Source: a virus
Taxonomy: Duplodnaviria > Caudoviricetes
Virus record (IMG/VR): IMGVR_UViG_3300047576_000027
Span: 32,001-96,000 of that record
Direction: 5' to 3' (one strand)
Length of the DNA stretch: 64,000 bases
Positions 39,487-48,438 of this stretch are shown here, piece by piece. Every line of letters starts with the position of its first letter. The first letter of the stretch is position 1. A model generated the notes under the pieces. That model saw nothing but the letters and a program-made list of their open reading frames with translations. It did not search any database and had not been told where the DNA came from. The translations under genes and the position numbers were made by a program.

Positions 39487-39605
39487 AATGACTTAACTCC
39501 GTTTTTCGGTTGAATTCTGTATTGCAAAAAATTGTTCTGCGTGATTCGATTTTACTCTCCGAAAGCAGGCTCTCGGGGTCAAGATTGTTGAAAACAAACG
39601 ACTTA

Positions 39606-40805
39606 TCACCCCTGGCAGTTAAAGCCGTACGTTACGTATCCCGGCAAAAAACTAAAATTGTGCGCCAGCAACACTTTCCCCACCAGCTTCGTGTTCCCCG
39701 CCGACGGAATAAATCCGTCATCATCCAACGACCCGTCAAACGGCTTGGATTTGCTGGTCCGGTACTTGATCATCGGCTTGCGGATGTTCTCCACCCAGAT
39801 GGTTTCGCCGAAGATGTTGCCGCCGGTCCCTACGCCGCCCGACCCGTTGCCCCACATCGCGGACGGTGCCGGGTAGGAGGTAGCATTTGAACCGGTCGCG
39901 TAATTGATCATGCGGGTCGCGGTGCGGTCGTTGGTGCCGTTGGTGTTCGGAGTCGTTGCCGGGTTGGTTGACGCCACGCCGTTGGCGGGGTTCATCAGGT
40001 ACGATCCGGGCGCGTAACGCGAAGCATAGATTACAGCCGCGTTGTATTCGAGTCCCCTGAATCCGCCCTTGGCTGTCGTGACGTTCTGAAATCGCTGCTG
40101 GGTCTGGAAGTTGTTGCGGATGAAACTGTAAGCGATGGCGGTCGTGGTGATAACGTTCGGTTCGTACTTGCCGGAACCGAAGTTGACCGCCTGGTACATC
40201 TGATCGAGAATCGGCAGCGTGATCGTGCCTCCCGCGAAGTTGTACGGTTTGGGAGCCAGCATACGGCCGCCGTAGAGGGATCGGGTCAGGGTTCCGTAAA
40301 CCGGATAGGTATTGCCGTCCCATCCGATGTTGATACCGTCCGAGGATGCTTCCAGCAGACCATTCGGGAACTTTGAAAATGCCGCCGACTGGCCCTGAAG
40401 ATAGCGCTGAATCGCAGTCTGCGCGCCCAACTGGACGAAGGCCGCGTCCACGCGCTCCGTCACGAGGTTGACGATTGCGAGCGCATCGCCCGCTACGTTG
40501 AACACGCGGATGGCTTCCTTGTTGAAGGGAATCATCGCCACGTTGAACTTGGGCAGGAACTGGAGCGCCTGCTCGATCTGCCGCTGGTCAGCCGGCAAGT
40601 CCTGGCCCATTGAGTAAGGACCGCCATCCTGCACGTCGTACTCGATGTTGTCATTCCAGTTCAGGCCACCCATTATTTGTTCATGGCACTCGTCGCCAAT
40701 CAGGGACATCGTGGGATCGTGCTGGAAGACCATATCGCGAAGTTGCGGATTCTGGTCGATGTATCGCCGTGTGGTTACGGCGAGCATCCCTGCGGTATCT
40801 GGCAT
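39606..40805 (-). CDS. Major capsid protein (HK97 fold)
   Basis: GGAGG SD; follows the scaffold; FPNGL..YGTLTRS..PNVITTT..QTQQRF..GFRGLEYNAAVIYASRYAP. Confidence 0.85.
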   Translation of the reverse strand: MPDTAGMLAVTTRRYIDQNPQLRDMVFQHDPTMSLIGDECHEQIMGGLNWNDNIEYDVQDGGPYSMGQDLPADQRQIEQALQFLPKFNVAMIPFNKEAIRVFNVAGDALAIVNLVTERVDAAFVQLGAQTAIQRYLQGQSAAFSKFPNGLLEASSDGINIGWDGNTYPVYGTLTRSLYGGRMLAPKPYNFAGGTITLPILDQMYQAVNFGSGKYEPNVITTTAIAYSFIRNNFQTQQRFQNVTTAKGGFRGLEYNAAVIYASRYAPGSYLMNPANGVASTNPATTPNTNGTNDRTATRMINYATGSNATSYPAPSAMWGNGSGGVGTGGNIFGETIWVENIRKPMIKYRTSKSKPFDGSLDDDGFIPSAGNTKLVGKVLLAHNFSFLPGYVTYGFNCQG

Positions 40806-40839
40806 AAATTAGTTCCTCCGAAATTCCTTAGTACCGGTA

Positions 40840-41724
40840 TTAGTTCGTCAACTCTGCCGATTGAACGTCCATCGCCAGGCTTCGTAGCAGGGCACTGCGA
40901 TCAAACCCTTCCGCACCCTTGTGAACAGAGAGAGCGCTGGGCGTTGCATCTGCCCCTCCGTTGATCAGGCGGGATGAGTTCTGCTGCTTGCGCTCCTCGT
41001 CCCACCTGGCCCGCTCTGCCGCCACGGCTGCCTTGATTTCATTGGCACGGGCTTCCTGCTGAAACTTCTCGCGCTCCGGCTTATCCCACTCGTCGTAGGC
41101 GGCTTCCAGGTTTCCGTTCGTTTTTTCGGTCGCGAGTTTCGTTACGGCATCGAAGTCCAGCGGGGTTTTCCGCTGGGCAGAGATGTGCTTGAGCACAATC
41201 TTTCCGGCGCCCGTTACGAGTTCGCCCCACTTTGGGGCATATCCTTCGGCGATCCGTTTGTCCACAAGTCGCTGGATATCTGCCTCAGCGACGGCTGGCG
41301 AAGTTCCCGCCTTAATCCGCGCATCAACCAGCGACTGGACCTGCGCTTCGGTTAGCGTTCCCGATCCCGTGCTCACTGGCGGTGTCACGGCTGGCAACTC
41401 CCCTGCGGCGGCTTTGGTAAATGCGTCTGCCCCCCATTTGTCGTTAAAAGCCTTGATCGCCTTGTCATTGGCAACGATGGCCGCGACGTTCTTTTCATAC
41501 CATTCGCGAGTCTGTCGCGCACCGACCTTCCCTGCCGCCTGGTCGCCTTCCAGTTCAGCCTGAAGTGCCTGGCGCTCATTCATGATGCGGTCAAACTCAG
41601 ACTGTTGCTTCAACCCGGCAGCTTTCGCTTTCACCGCATCACGCTGCACAGCTTTTGTGACGACGGCTTTTTCCGCGTCGTCCAATCCGTCTGTCAGCCA
41701 TCCCAAAAATTCGTTTACGTCCAT
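40840..41724 (-). CDS. Scaffolding protein
   Basis: Charged coiled-coil protein immediately upstream of the capsid gene. Confidence 0.75.
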   Translation of the reverse strand: MDVNEFLGWLTDGLDDAEKAVVTKAVQRDAVKAKAAGLKQQSEFDRIMNERQALQAELEGDQAAGKVGARQTREWYEKNVAAIVANDKAIKAFNDKWGADAFTKAAAGELPAVTPPVSTGSGTLTEAQVQSLVDARIKAGTSPAVAEADIQRLVDKRIAEGYAPKWGELVTGAGKIVLKHISAQRKTPLDFDAVTKLATEKTNGNLEAAYDEWDKPEREKFQQEARANEIKAAVAAERARWDEERKQQNSSRLINGGADATPSALSVHKGAEGFDRSALLRSLAMDVQSAELTN

Positions 41725-41730
41725 AGATTT

Positions 41731-42129
41731 TTACTGTGCTCCTGGTACTGGGGGTGTTCCGCCCTGAGGTATTCCTGAAGGCGCTGCGCCTTGTGGCGTT
41801 GCGCCTCCTGGTATTGCCTGAATTCCCGATGACTGACCGGTCGGTTGCAACGCCTGTTGCGCCGCCATCGGCAAGAGTGAAGTTGCCAGCGCGATAATTT
41901 GCGCGCACGGCTGTTCTGACCCCGGCACGGCCCCGGACTGCACGATTTGCTTGCACGCCGCCACGATGGAATCAACCGCCTGCTTGGTCGGCCCTACCGC
42001 CGAAATCAGTGCGGCCATGGCGGACTGCTGATTCGTCCCTCCGGGCGCGCCACCGGTTCCCGCCGCCGACTGAAGGTCCGGCAATGGCGGAAGCGGAGCG
42101 GCATTCGGAGATTGGGTAGACGGACTCAC
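41731..42129 (-). CDS. Pro/Gly/Gln-rich head-region protein
   Basis: ORF track; GTGA-coupled. Confidence 0.65.
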   Translation of the reverse strand: MSPSTQSPNAAPLPPLPDLQSAAGTGGAPGGTNQQSAMAALISAVGPTKQAVDSIVAACKQIVQSGAVPGSEQPCAQIIALATSLLPMAAQQALQPTGQSSGIQAIPGGATPQGAAPSGIPQGGTPPVPGAQ

Positions 42130-42278
42130 TTACAGGCTGGCCCTTCCAGGCGCGCACCGGGCGCACCCTTGCTTTTCGCCAGAGTCGCGGAGCCCATAGT
42201 TTTCTTCATGCCCCCGCTGCTGTTGCGCTTGCCCATCGCTCCGTCGCTCTTTTTGCCCATCTTTTCGGCGTTCTTCAT
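42126..42278 (-). CDS. Tiny Lys/Gly/Met-rich basic protein
   Basis: Read by hand: MKNAEKMGKKSDGAMGKRNSSGGMKKTMGSATLAKSKGAPGARLEGPACK. Confidence 0.6.
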   Translation of the reverse strand: MKNAEKMGKKSDGAMGKRNSSGGMKKTMGSATLAKSKGAPGARLEGPACK

Positions 42279-42287
42279 TGGGATCGC

Positions 42288-42407
42288 CTACTTTTTCATC
42301 GATTCGTGTTTTTCGGTCTTCTTCGCCATTTTGGACTCGTGCTTCTTGCCCATATGGCCCTCGGCCTTTTTGCCGAAAGTTTTCTTTTCCTCGTGCTCTT
42401 TTTTCAT
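42288..42407 (-). CDS. Tiny Lys/His/Glu-rich protein
   Basis: Read by hand: MKKEHEEKKTFGKKAEGHMGKKHESKMAKKTEKHESMKK; AGGAG SD. Confidence 0.65.
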   Translation of the reverse strand: MKKEHEEKKTFGKKAEGHMGKKHESKMAKKTEKHESMKK

Positions 42408-42469
42408 TTACGCGACTCCTGAAATTTAGATGAGCGCCGAGGCGCTGGAATACTGACCGTTAAAGCGCA

Positions 42470-42694
42470 TCATGCGAGCGCGCCTTTTCCCCGCAAACGG
42501 GCGAGAGATTCGGATTTGGTTGTAGCCCCGGACTTGCTCAACTTCCCGGCGTTGGTTCCGGCGAACTTTTGGGGTTTGCCCATTGCGCCGACTTTGGCGA
42601 ACGGCGAACGACTCATTCCCAGCGCGGAGGCTTTGCCGCCGATGCCGGGTTCGTTGTCGTTGTTGCCCGCTGTGATAGCGCCGTTATATGCCAC
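42470..42694 (-). CDS. Small basic Gly/Ala/Lys-rich protein
   Basis: ORF track; first gene of the head operon. Confidence 0.6.
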   Translation of the reverse strand: MAYNGAITAGNNDNEPGIGGKASALGMSRSPFAKVGAMGKPQKFAGTNAGKLSKSGATTKSESLARLRGKGALA

Positions 42695-42800
42695 TAAACG
42701 TCATGATGAATGCAAAGGGGTTAGCAATGGAAATGAGGCATGTCCCTGAATTTCCCCAGACTTCGGTAGAGATTCCGCATTGTGCTAACATTTGGGAAAG

Positions 42801-42968
42801 GTGCCTGAAAATAAAAGCACAGTCTACATGTCTCCAAAGGAAGTCGCTGGACTCTACGGGGTCTGCACGAAGACCGTACTCCGCTGGATCAGGGACAAAA
42901 AAATCCACACCGTTCAGATCACGGACGGCGGTCGGCGATTTATTCAGGAGAAGGATTTACCCAAGTGA
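42801..42968 (+). CDS. Excisionase/MerR-type (HTH_17-like) DNA-binding protein
   Basis: Read by hand: MPENKSTVYMSPKEVAGLYGVCTKTVLRWIRDKKIHTVQITDGGRRFIQEKDLPK. Confidence 0.8.
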   Translation: MPENKSTVYMSPKEVAGLYGVCTKTVLRWIRDKKIHTVQITDGGRRFIQEKDLPK

Positions 42969-42991
42969 CGGGACGAATAATCGAGGCTTAA

Positions 42992-43156
42992 ATGATCGGC
43001 ACAAACACAATCACGTTCAACATGGAACAGGCCAAAGACATCCTGGAAAAACACATCAAGGACGAGATCCTGCGCGACGGGGATTTCTCCGTAACGAAAG
43101 TGGATTACGACTACACCAAGTCGGCGTTCACAATTACGATGGAACCGAAGGGGTAA
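42992..43156 (+). CDS. Hypothetical protein
   Basis: Read by hand: MIGTNTITFNMEQAKDILEKHIK...; GAGG SD. Confidence 0.55.
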   Translation: MIGTNTITFNMEQAKDILEKHIKDEILRDGDFSVTKVDYDYTKSAFTITMEPKG

Positions 43157-43163
43157 GAGCCGA

Positions 43164-43520
43164 TTGACCGACTCCGATCTTGCGGGACTCGCCGACAAGT
43201 GGCAGAAGATCCTTTGGCTTCGCGATTGGGAAGTAAAGGTCCGGTTCGCACGGCACTTTGATTTGCCGGATGGCAAGGATGCGCATGTCACCTTCAGCAG
43301 GCCACACCGTACCGCCAGCATCAGGATTCTTGACTCTCAGGACTACGATCCGGGATGGACGAATTTCCCGGAAGATCCGGAAGCATCGCTTGTACATGAA
43401 CTGCTCCACCTCCACTTCGCCGTCTTCGATGAAGACTTCGGGTCAGAGATGATTAAACGTGAAGAGGTCGTGGTGAATGCGCTTGAGAAGGCTTTCGTTC
43501 GGCTGGCACGCGGCCAGTGA
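43164..43520 (+). CDS. Small HExxH zinc metallopeptidase-like protein
   Basis: WQKILWLRDWEV..LVHELLHL..EEVVV. Confidence 0.75.
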   Translation: MTDSDLAGLADKWQKILWLRDWEVKVRFARHFDLPDGKDAHVTFSRPHRTASIRILDSQDYDPGWTNFPEDPEASLVHELLHLHFAVFDEDFGSEMIKREEVVVNALEKAFVRLARGQ

Positions 43521-43798
43521 CCGTGAGTTTCCTTCTGACATGCCTTAACCGGAACTCCTCTGGCTCCGCGCCATCACACTTCAGGCACACCGGGATGTTA
43601 TTTACGTGCAAACGGGTTCCTTCGCCGCAGTTGTAGCAATCGGACATTCAGGGAGTTTACCGCTTGAGCGGTGGTTGTGTCTGGTCAATTTTGATCAGTA
43701 GTGCGCGAATGGGCCGTGGAAGATTATCGCGATTTAATTGATTCCACGATAGTCTCAAAGCAGCGCCGATACAACTTCAGCCCTCACAATAACACAAA

Positions 43799-45814
43799 TC
43801 ATCCCGATGATGTTATGGTAGGTCCGTTGCTATTTTGGCCCATTGCGGGAGGTGCCTGATCCGTCGCCTTGCGGCCCTGAGCATTAGCTATCATGCCGAT
43901 CCCCAGTTGCTGCTGAAGTGCAAGTCTGCCTAACTCATCAGGCGGAACGGTTATGCCAGCAGGAACAAAAGCTGCCAGTTTCCCCATTTTTTCCCACAAA
44001 GTAAAAACCGAGCAAAATCCCATTTTCGACATCATAAAATACTTCATCAACTCCTCCTGGTTCGCCGAATTCAGCAAACTTGAAGGATCAAACTGGCAAG
44101 TGAACGACTGTAGCATCACCTTGCAGCGCTCATAAGCAGGACGAGGATTCTCCAGGCCAAGAGCATTCTCATCCCCTGCGATATCCCCTGGTTCTCCGTC
44201 TGGCACATCGTCCGGAATCTGAGTCCCATAATCGAAATCGAAATCTTCCCTGGTCGCCGCCGAAGGACCTAGCATCGCCACGCGCTTCGCGAGCGTCCCG
44301 AATTCCATCATGCCGTACAACTGAAATTCGGCGAGGGACTTATAGCAACCCTCGAGTGCTCTGGACCGCAGGCGAACTCCCGGCGTCATGGTCTTAAACA
44401 GCGTGTCAATAGTATCGTCGGAAGGCATCTGCCCGAGAGACGCCAGCGATGAAGGATCGACCGTGCCGGCCGTACGCATCATCATTTGGATCGACCACTC
44501 TATCGACTGCATGATCATCGCATCCAGCGGCGGCGGGTGAATAATATTCAATCCCTTCCCCGACGCCATATTAGTCCGGATCTTCATCCCCGCCGCGCGG
44601 GTATCTGCCTTCTGAACCTCGGCCTTTGATACGTTGCGGTCAGCCACAATCCCCGGTTGCGCGACCTGTTCGCAATGGTCGTCCACCACGCGGAGTTTTT
44701 TGTTGACCGATTCTTCCAGCGGGATACAGTCCCACAGCGGAGCTTTGCCGAACCAGGCTTTCGGCCACGGGTTGAGGGTAAACTTGATGAGCGGGAACTT
44801 CGCGTGCCAGTATGGGCACGGGCCATCATGCAACAGCGTATTGCCGCCCCAGACGATCATGCGATTAAACGGATAGAGCGGCGCGTCTGGCTTTACCTCA
44901 TAGGACCATTGCGTCTGGCCCTGCCATTGCTTTTTCTTCGGTCCCGGAATGCCGGTTATCGGATCAGATTCGCCAGGGACTTCTACCTCTTCCCACGGCC
45001 CCATGCGCACGGTTTGCGAAGTTTTATTGACGCGCGGGTCTTTCAGATACAGGGTATTGACGAAAACAGTGGGGGTGGCCGGGATGCCCTGATCAGTGCC
45101 GGTTTTCTTGGCGAGCGGGCCTCCGCGTTCGCCAGGACCTTCAATCAAACGGGTTAGCCATCCGAAAAAGCCTAAACCCCTGCCGCCAACGTCCGGCTTG
45201 ACGTCTTTGTTGAACTCTTCCTTCACCCAGTCCGGAGTGCGGGCACGCCGGACGATAACGCCTTTGCAGTCCTGAAACGTGTGGTAGGAGATGGGATCGA
45301 CCGGATAGACGTTTCGGGGGTCTTCCGCCTCGACCATGAAATCGTTCAGTCGGCGGGAGAAATAGTGATGGAGAACGCCGGTTCCCGCAAAGGTCCAGTA
45401 GCGGATGACGTCGCCGATGCGGAGGTCGATCTGGTTATCAATGTACCATCGCTCTGCCTCTTTATTGCTATTCTCAGCTTGTTTTTGATATTTGGGGTTT
45501 AGTGTGGTGTAGTTCCAGAAGTACCTCGTGTCTGTCAGCATTGCGGTCAGATCTTCCGCGATTTTCGCGATAAGATTCACGCGCGTCTGAGAGAGTTTGC
45601 GCCCGCCGCTGGGTGAGTAGGATGCGGTGGACTGGTTCTCGAATGCGAATATGGCCCGTTCAGCGATGGCGATTTTGTCGAAACCTACCGCGGTCTCGAT
45701 GAACTCCTTGCCGCGAACCAGCATCAGGTCGCACCACTTGACGATATCGCCCTCGCGGGTGTCCGGTTTTACTTCTTCATAGTTCAGAGCTGGCAGGTCG
45801 AAGAAATCAGGCAC
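43799..45814 (-). CDS. Portal protein (P22/podovirus-like)
   Basis: 671 aa between terminase and head genes; VNLI..L..L, FAGTGV, DPRNVYPVD, PYWHAKFPL..PWPKAWFG. Confidence 0.88.
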   Translation of the reverse strand: MPDFFDLPALNYEEVKPDTREGDIVKWCDLMLVRGKEFIETAVGFDKIAIAERAIFAFENQSTASYSPSGGRKLSQTRVNLIAKIAEDLTAMLTDTRYFWNYTTLNPKYQKQAENSNKEAERWYIDNQIDLRIGDVIRYWTFAGTGVLHHYFSRRLNDFMVEAEDPRNVYPVDPISYHTFQDCKGVIVRRARTPDWVKEEFNKDVKPDVGGRGLGFFGWLTRLIEGPGERGGPLAKKTGTDQGIPATPTVFVNTLYLKDPRVNKTSQTVRMGPWEEVEVPGESDPITGIPGPKKKQWQGQTQWSYEVKPDAPLYPFNRMIVWGGNTLLHDGPCPYWHAKFPLIKFTLNPWPKAWFGKAPLWDCIPLEESVNKKLRVVDDHCEQVAQPGIVADRNVSKAEVQKADTRAAGMKIRTNMASGKGLNIIHPPPLDAMIMQSIEWSIQMMMRTAGTVDPSSLASLGQMPSDDTIDTLFKTMTPGVRLRSRALEGCYKSLAEFQLYGMMEFGTLAKRVAMLGPSAATREDFDFDYGTQIPDDVPDGEPGDIAGDENALGLENPRPAYERCKVMLQSFTCQFDPSSLLNSANQEELMKYFMMSKMGFCSVFTLWEKMGKLAAFVPAGITVPPDELGRLALQQQLGIGMIANAQGRKATDQAPPAMGQNSNGPTITSSG

Positions 45815-45876
45815 TTAACGAACAGTATAGTGCCTGCGAGAACGCGGACTGTTCGGGAGTCGCCCCGCAATTGTAT

Positions 45877-46350
45877 TCATTCACTGTCAGCACCATCGGA
45901 GAGCGGCCTCTCCATAGTCCACGGCCCCGACTGAATCGCGGCGCGGACCTCGTTCACCAGCGAATCAATAACCTCTTTCGGCGCGTGCGGGCGCATCGGC
46001 GGGGCTTCGGTTACAGGTTCGTTCCCGGAAGCGTAATTCGATGCTTCGTGTACCGATCCCGTCTCCCGCTCGTATTGCGTCATGGACATGATCTCGCGGC
46101 GCTCAAATCCCTGGCGGGAATAGACCTCGGGCATCTGCTGGTCGGCCCGCGGCGGAGTTCGGCGTTCGCCGGTGATGGGGTTGACATACACAACGGCACG
46201 CTCTGCCGAATGAATTTGCGCATGTCGCTCCACCCGATCCCGCGTGCAACACGGACAGACACGCACGGCCCCTTCGTTTCTGGTGCCGTTCGGGCAGCGC
46301 CATGAAACGAGGGTTCTGCGACCTGTGGTTATTTTGGCGAGGTCAGGCAT
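45877..46350 (-). CDS. Hypothetical protein (Cys-containing) upstream of portal
   Basis: ORF track. Confidence 0.6.
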   Translation of the reverse strand: MPDLAKITTGRRTLVSWRCPNGTRNEGAVRVCPCCTRDRVERHAQIHSAERAVVYVNPITGERRTPPRADQQMPEVYSRQGFERREIMSMTQYERETGSVHEASNYASGNEPVTEAPPMRPHAPKEVIDSLVNEVRAAIQSGPWTMERPLSDGADSE

Positions 46351-46356
46351 GGCTGG

Positions 46357-46668
46357 CTACCATCTGTATTGGCCTTTGAGTATCAACGAGCTGATTTCTA
46401 CGGTCGTAAACACTTGCGGAGTATGGGCGATGGCCCATGCGAGTCCCTGAACCGGAACGTAAAAATTAGCAATTGCCTCGTCCCAGTCCCACGGCACTTC
46501 TGGCTTCTCTCCGAGAAGCGCAGCGCGACAAAGCATGTCTTCTGCCTTGTAACGATCACCTCCGTAGAACTCAATCATTTTTCGGCGGCTCAGATAATCT
46601 GGTTCGGGTGCTGTTTTTTGGGCGATTGGGGGCGTAACTCCTCCGCTACCCTTGTTGCGGAACCACAT
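46357..46668 (-). CDS. Hypothetical protein
   Basis: AGGAG SD. Confidence 0.5.
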   Translation of the reverse strand: MWFRNKGSGGVTPPIAQKTAPEPDYLSRRKMIEFYGGDRYKAEDMLCRAALLGEKPEVPWDWDEAIANFYVPVQGLAWAIAHTPQVFTTVEISSLILKGQYRW

Positions 46669-46763
46669 GATCCTGCTCCTTCTGAATTGCGACCGTCTGT
46701 TTCATGATCCCCATCGAATGGACATCGCAGGATCTCCCCGCGCATCATGGACGTGTCGCAAAA

Positions 46764-47021
46764 TTATGTAATCCTCTGCCTCTCAAAATGCCGCAACCCG
46801 CGCGTGTCCCAAAGGAACGCGGCCATGTCCCGGCCGACCCGTTCCAGGTCGAACCGCTTCGCTGCGTCGGGAGCGATGCTGAACATGACGGTGAGTGAGC
46901 CATCGGATTCGAGATTCACGATGCATGGCTGGCGCTGGGGTGGTGGCTGGATTGCCGTTGGCTGAATCGGCACTGGCGGGATCGCCACTGGCGGGGAAAG
47001 TTTTTGGGCGGTTGGATGCAT
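46764..47021 (-). CDS. Hypothetical protein
   Basis: ORF track. Confidence 0.5.
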   Translation of the reverse strand: MHPTAQKLSPPVAIPPVPIQPTAIQPPPQRQPCIVNLESDGSLTVMFSIAPDAAKRFDLERVGRDMAAFLWDTRGLRHFERQRIT

Positions 47022-47026
47022 AAGTT

Positions 47027-47281
47027 CTATGGCCTGATTATACTATCTGGCAGCGCGGCCGGTGGTTGCGGTGCCACCGTAGTAGTAGCCTGCGTCGTAG
47101 TGGTTGTTCCAGGCGGCGGCGAAGCCGGTTGCCGGTTTCCCGAGATGGCCCCGGCGATTCCCACTGCCCCGGCCACCAGTTCCCCGATGGTTCCGCCATC
47201 CTTGTTCCCATGCAGTTCCAGAATCACGACTACGGCCAGTACCATTGCGAGGGCGATGATCTGGCCTGCGTGTTCCTTCAT
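47027..47281 (-). CDS. Small two-TM membrane protein, holin candidate
   Basis: IIALAMVLAVVVILEL and IGELVAGAVGIAGAIS; TATCCT 6 nt before the ATG. Confidence 0.5.
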   Translation of the reverse strand: MKEHAGQIIALAMVLAVVVILELHGNKDGGTIGELVAGAVGIAGAISGNRQPASPPPGTTTTTQATTTVAPQPPAALPDSIIRP

Positions 47282-47375
47282 GAGAGAAGGATATCAGAAT
47301 CTTAATTTACTATTTTGACAATGACCGCAACTGTAAGGAACCCGGTATCGCGCAACTCAGTGATTTGTCCGAAGA

Positions 47376-47823
47376 GTGCGTCGTCGTTTCCAAGCGCCAG
47401 ATCCAATGCCTTCCCTAGTTAAGATCGAGACACCAGAAGGACATGGCACTGGCTTCTTGTGTCTTTACAACGAGGCCCACGATGTTTGCGGAATCGCCAC
47501 GGCGAGACACGTAGTGGAGCACGCGGATGAATGGCAGCAGCCGGTGCGGATAACAAAGCCACAATCAAGCCTGACTCATTTCGCGAAAGAGAGCGATAGG
47601 GTTATTTTCCTGGACGATGAAACAGATTCAGCGGTGATTCTTTTTTTTGGCGGCATCCACGAGAAGCTTCAGTTTCCAGAGATTCTCGTACCACTCCTCC
47701 CGCCCGAAAAGAACATCCCGATTGGAGTTGAGGTTGGCTGGTTGGGATTCCCCGGAATCGACCCTGGTACACTGTGTTTTTTCTCGGGAAACATTAGCGC
47801 GCGAAAGCGCTCGTCCTACCTCC
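47376..47823 (+). pseudogene. Truncated trypsin-like serine protease
   Basis: VKIETPEGHGTGF, ATARHVV (His), DSAVI (Asp), VGWLGFP; similarity stops at SSYL before any GxSGGP catalytic-Ser motif. Confidence 0.7.
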
Positions 47824-48314
47824 ATCTGCCGAGTTTCGGCGTGATACCTGTACTCGCAGTCCCTAAGTGCTTTCTTAATCTCGGGAAACTTCCGGCTGAC
47901 ATCCTCCGTGCTGTCCTTCAGACCTTCACCATGAAGCAGCGCAAGTGCCCTGATGTATCGGTCGGCTGTTGGCCCGACCTTGGCTTTGTCATTTTCCCAC
48001 TTGGAAACCGTAGTCGAGTCCACTGCCATATGGCCGGAAAACTCCGCTGCCGTCATTTTCAGATACTTACGGAGATAGCGAACCTCCGCTCCACTCAGAT
48101 TCCATGGCTTTTCGACTACAGCAAGCGCTATGCAGCGCATCAGATCGGCCATATCCGGAATGATCGGATCTTTGTTGCCACACTTTCGGCACTTGATTAG
48201 TTCAACGCCAATCAAGAGTACGTTCAGTCCGCTTTCAGTAAACTGGTACTCGCCTCGCGCCACTGTAGCGGGCGCGCCGCAATTGCTGCATTCCCACTCC
48301 TTCGGCTGTTTCAT
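47628..48314 (-). CDS. MqsA/YgiT-type zinc-finger + Xre HTH antitoxin, C-terminus read through into protease DNA
   Basis: CSNC..CRKC, then LSGAEVRYLRKYLKMTAAEFS..VDSTTVSKWEND. Confidence 0.8.
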   Translation of the reverse strand: MKQPKEWECSNCGAPATVARGEYQFTESGLNVLLIGVELIKCRKCGNKDPIIPDMADLMRCIALAVVEKPWNLSGAEVRYLRKYLKMTAAEFSGHMAVDSTTVSKWENDKAKVGPTADRYIRALALLHGEGLKDSTEDVSRKFPEIKKALRDCEYRYHAETRQMEVGRALSRANVSREKTQCTRVDSGESQPANLNSNRDVLFGREEWYENLWKLKLLVDAAKKKNHR

Positions 48315-48438
48315 ATCGATAATTTAGCCTCTTCGTCCTGTCCTGTAGTCAAGTGCATAATTCACGCAAATTGTCCAGCGAAACTCGTCATTGTACCTTG
48401 TACCGCACTTTTCACAGGTCACTGTCATGGCATCTCCC

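Noticed and set aside
47376-48200. Intact 274-aa serine protease
   Set aside because: The C-terminal part is the antisense of the MqsA-like gene and lacks the catalytic Ser motif.
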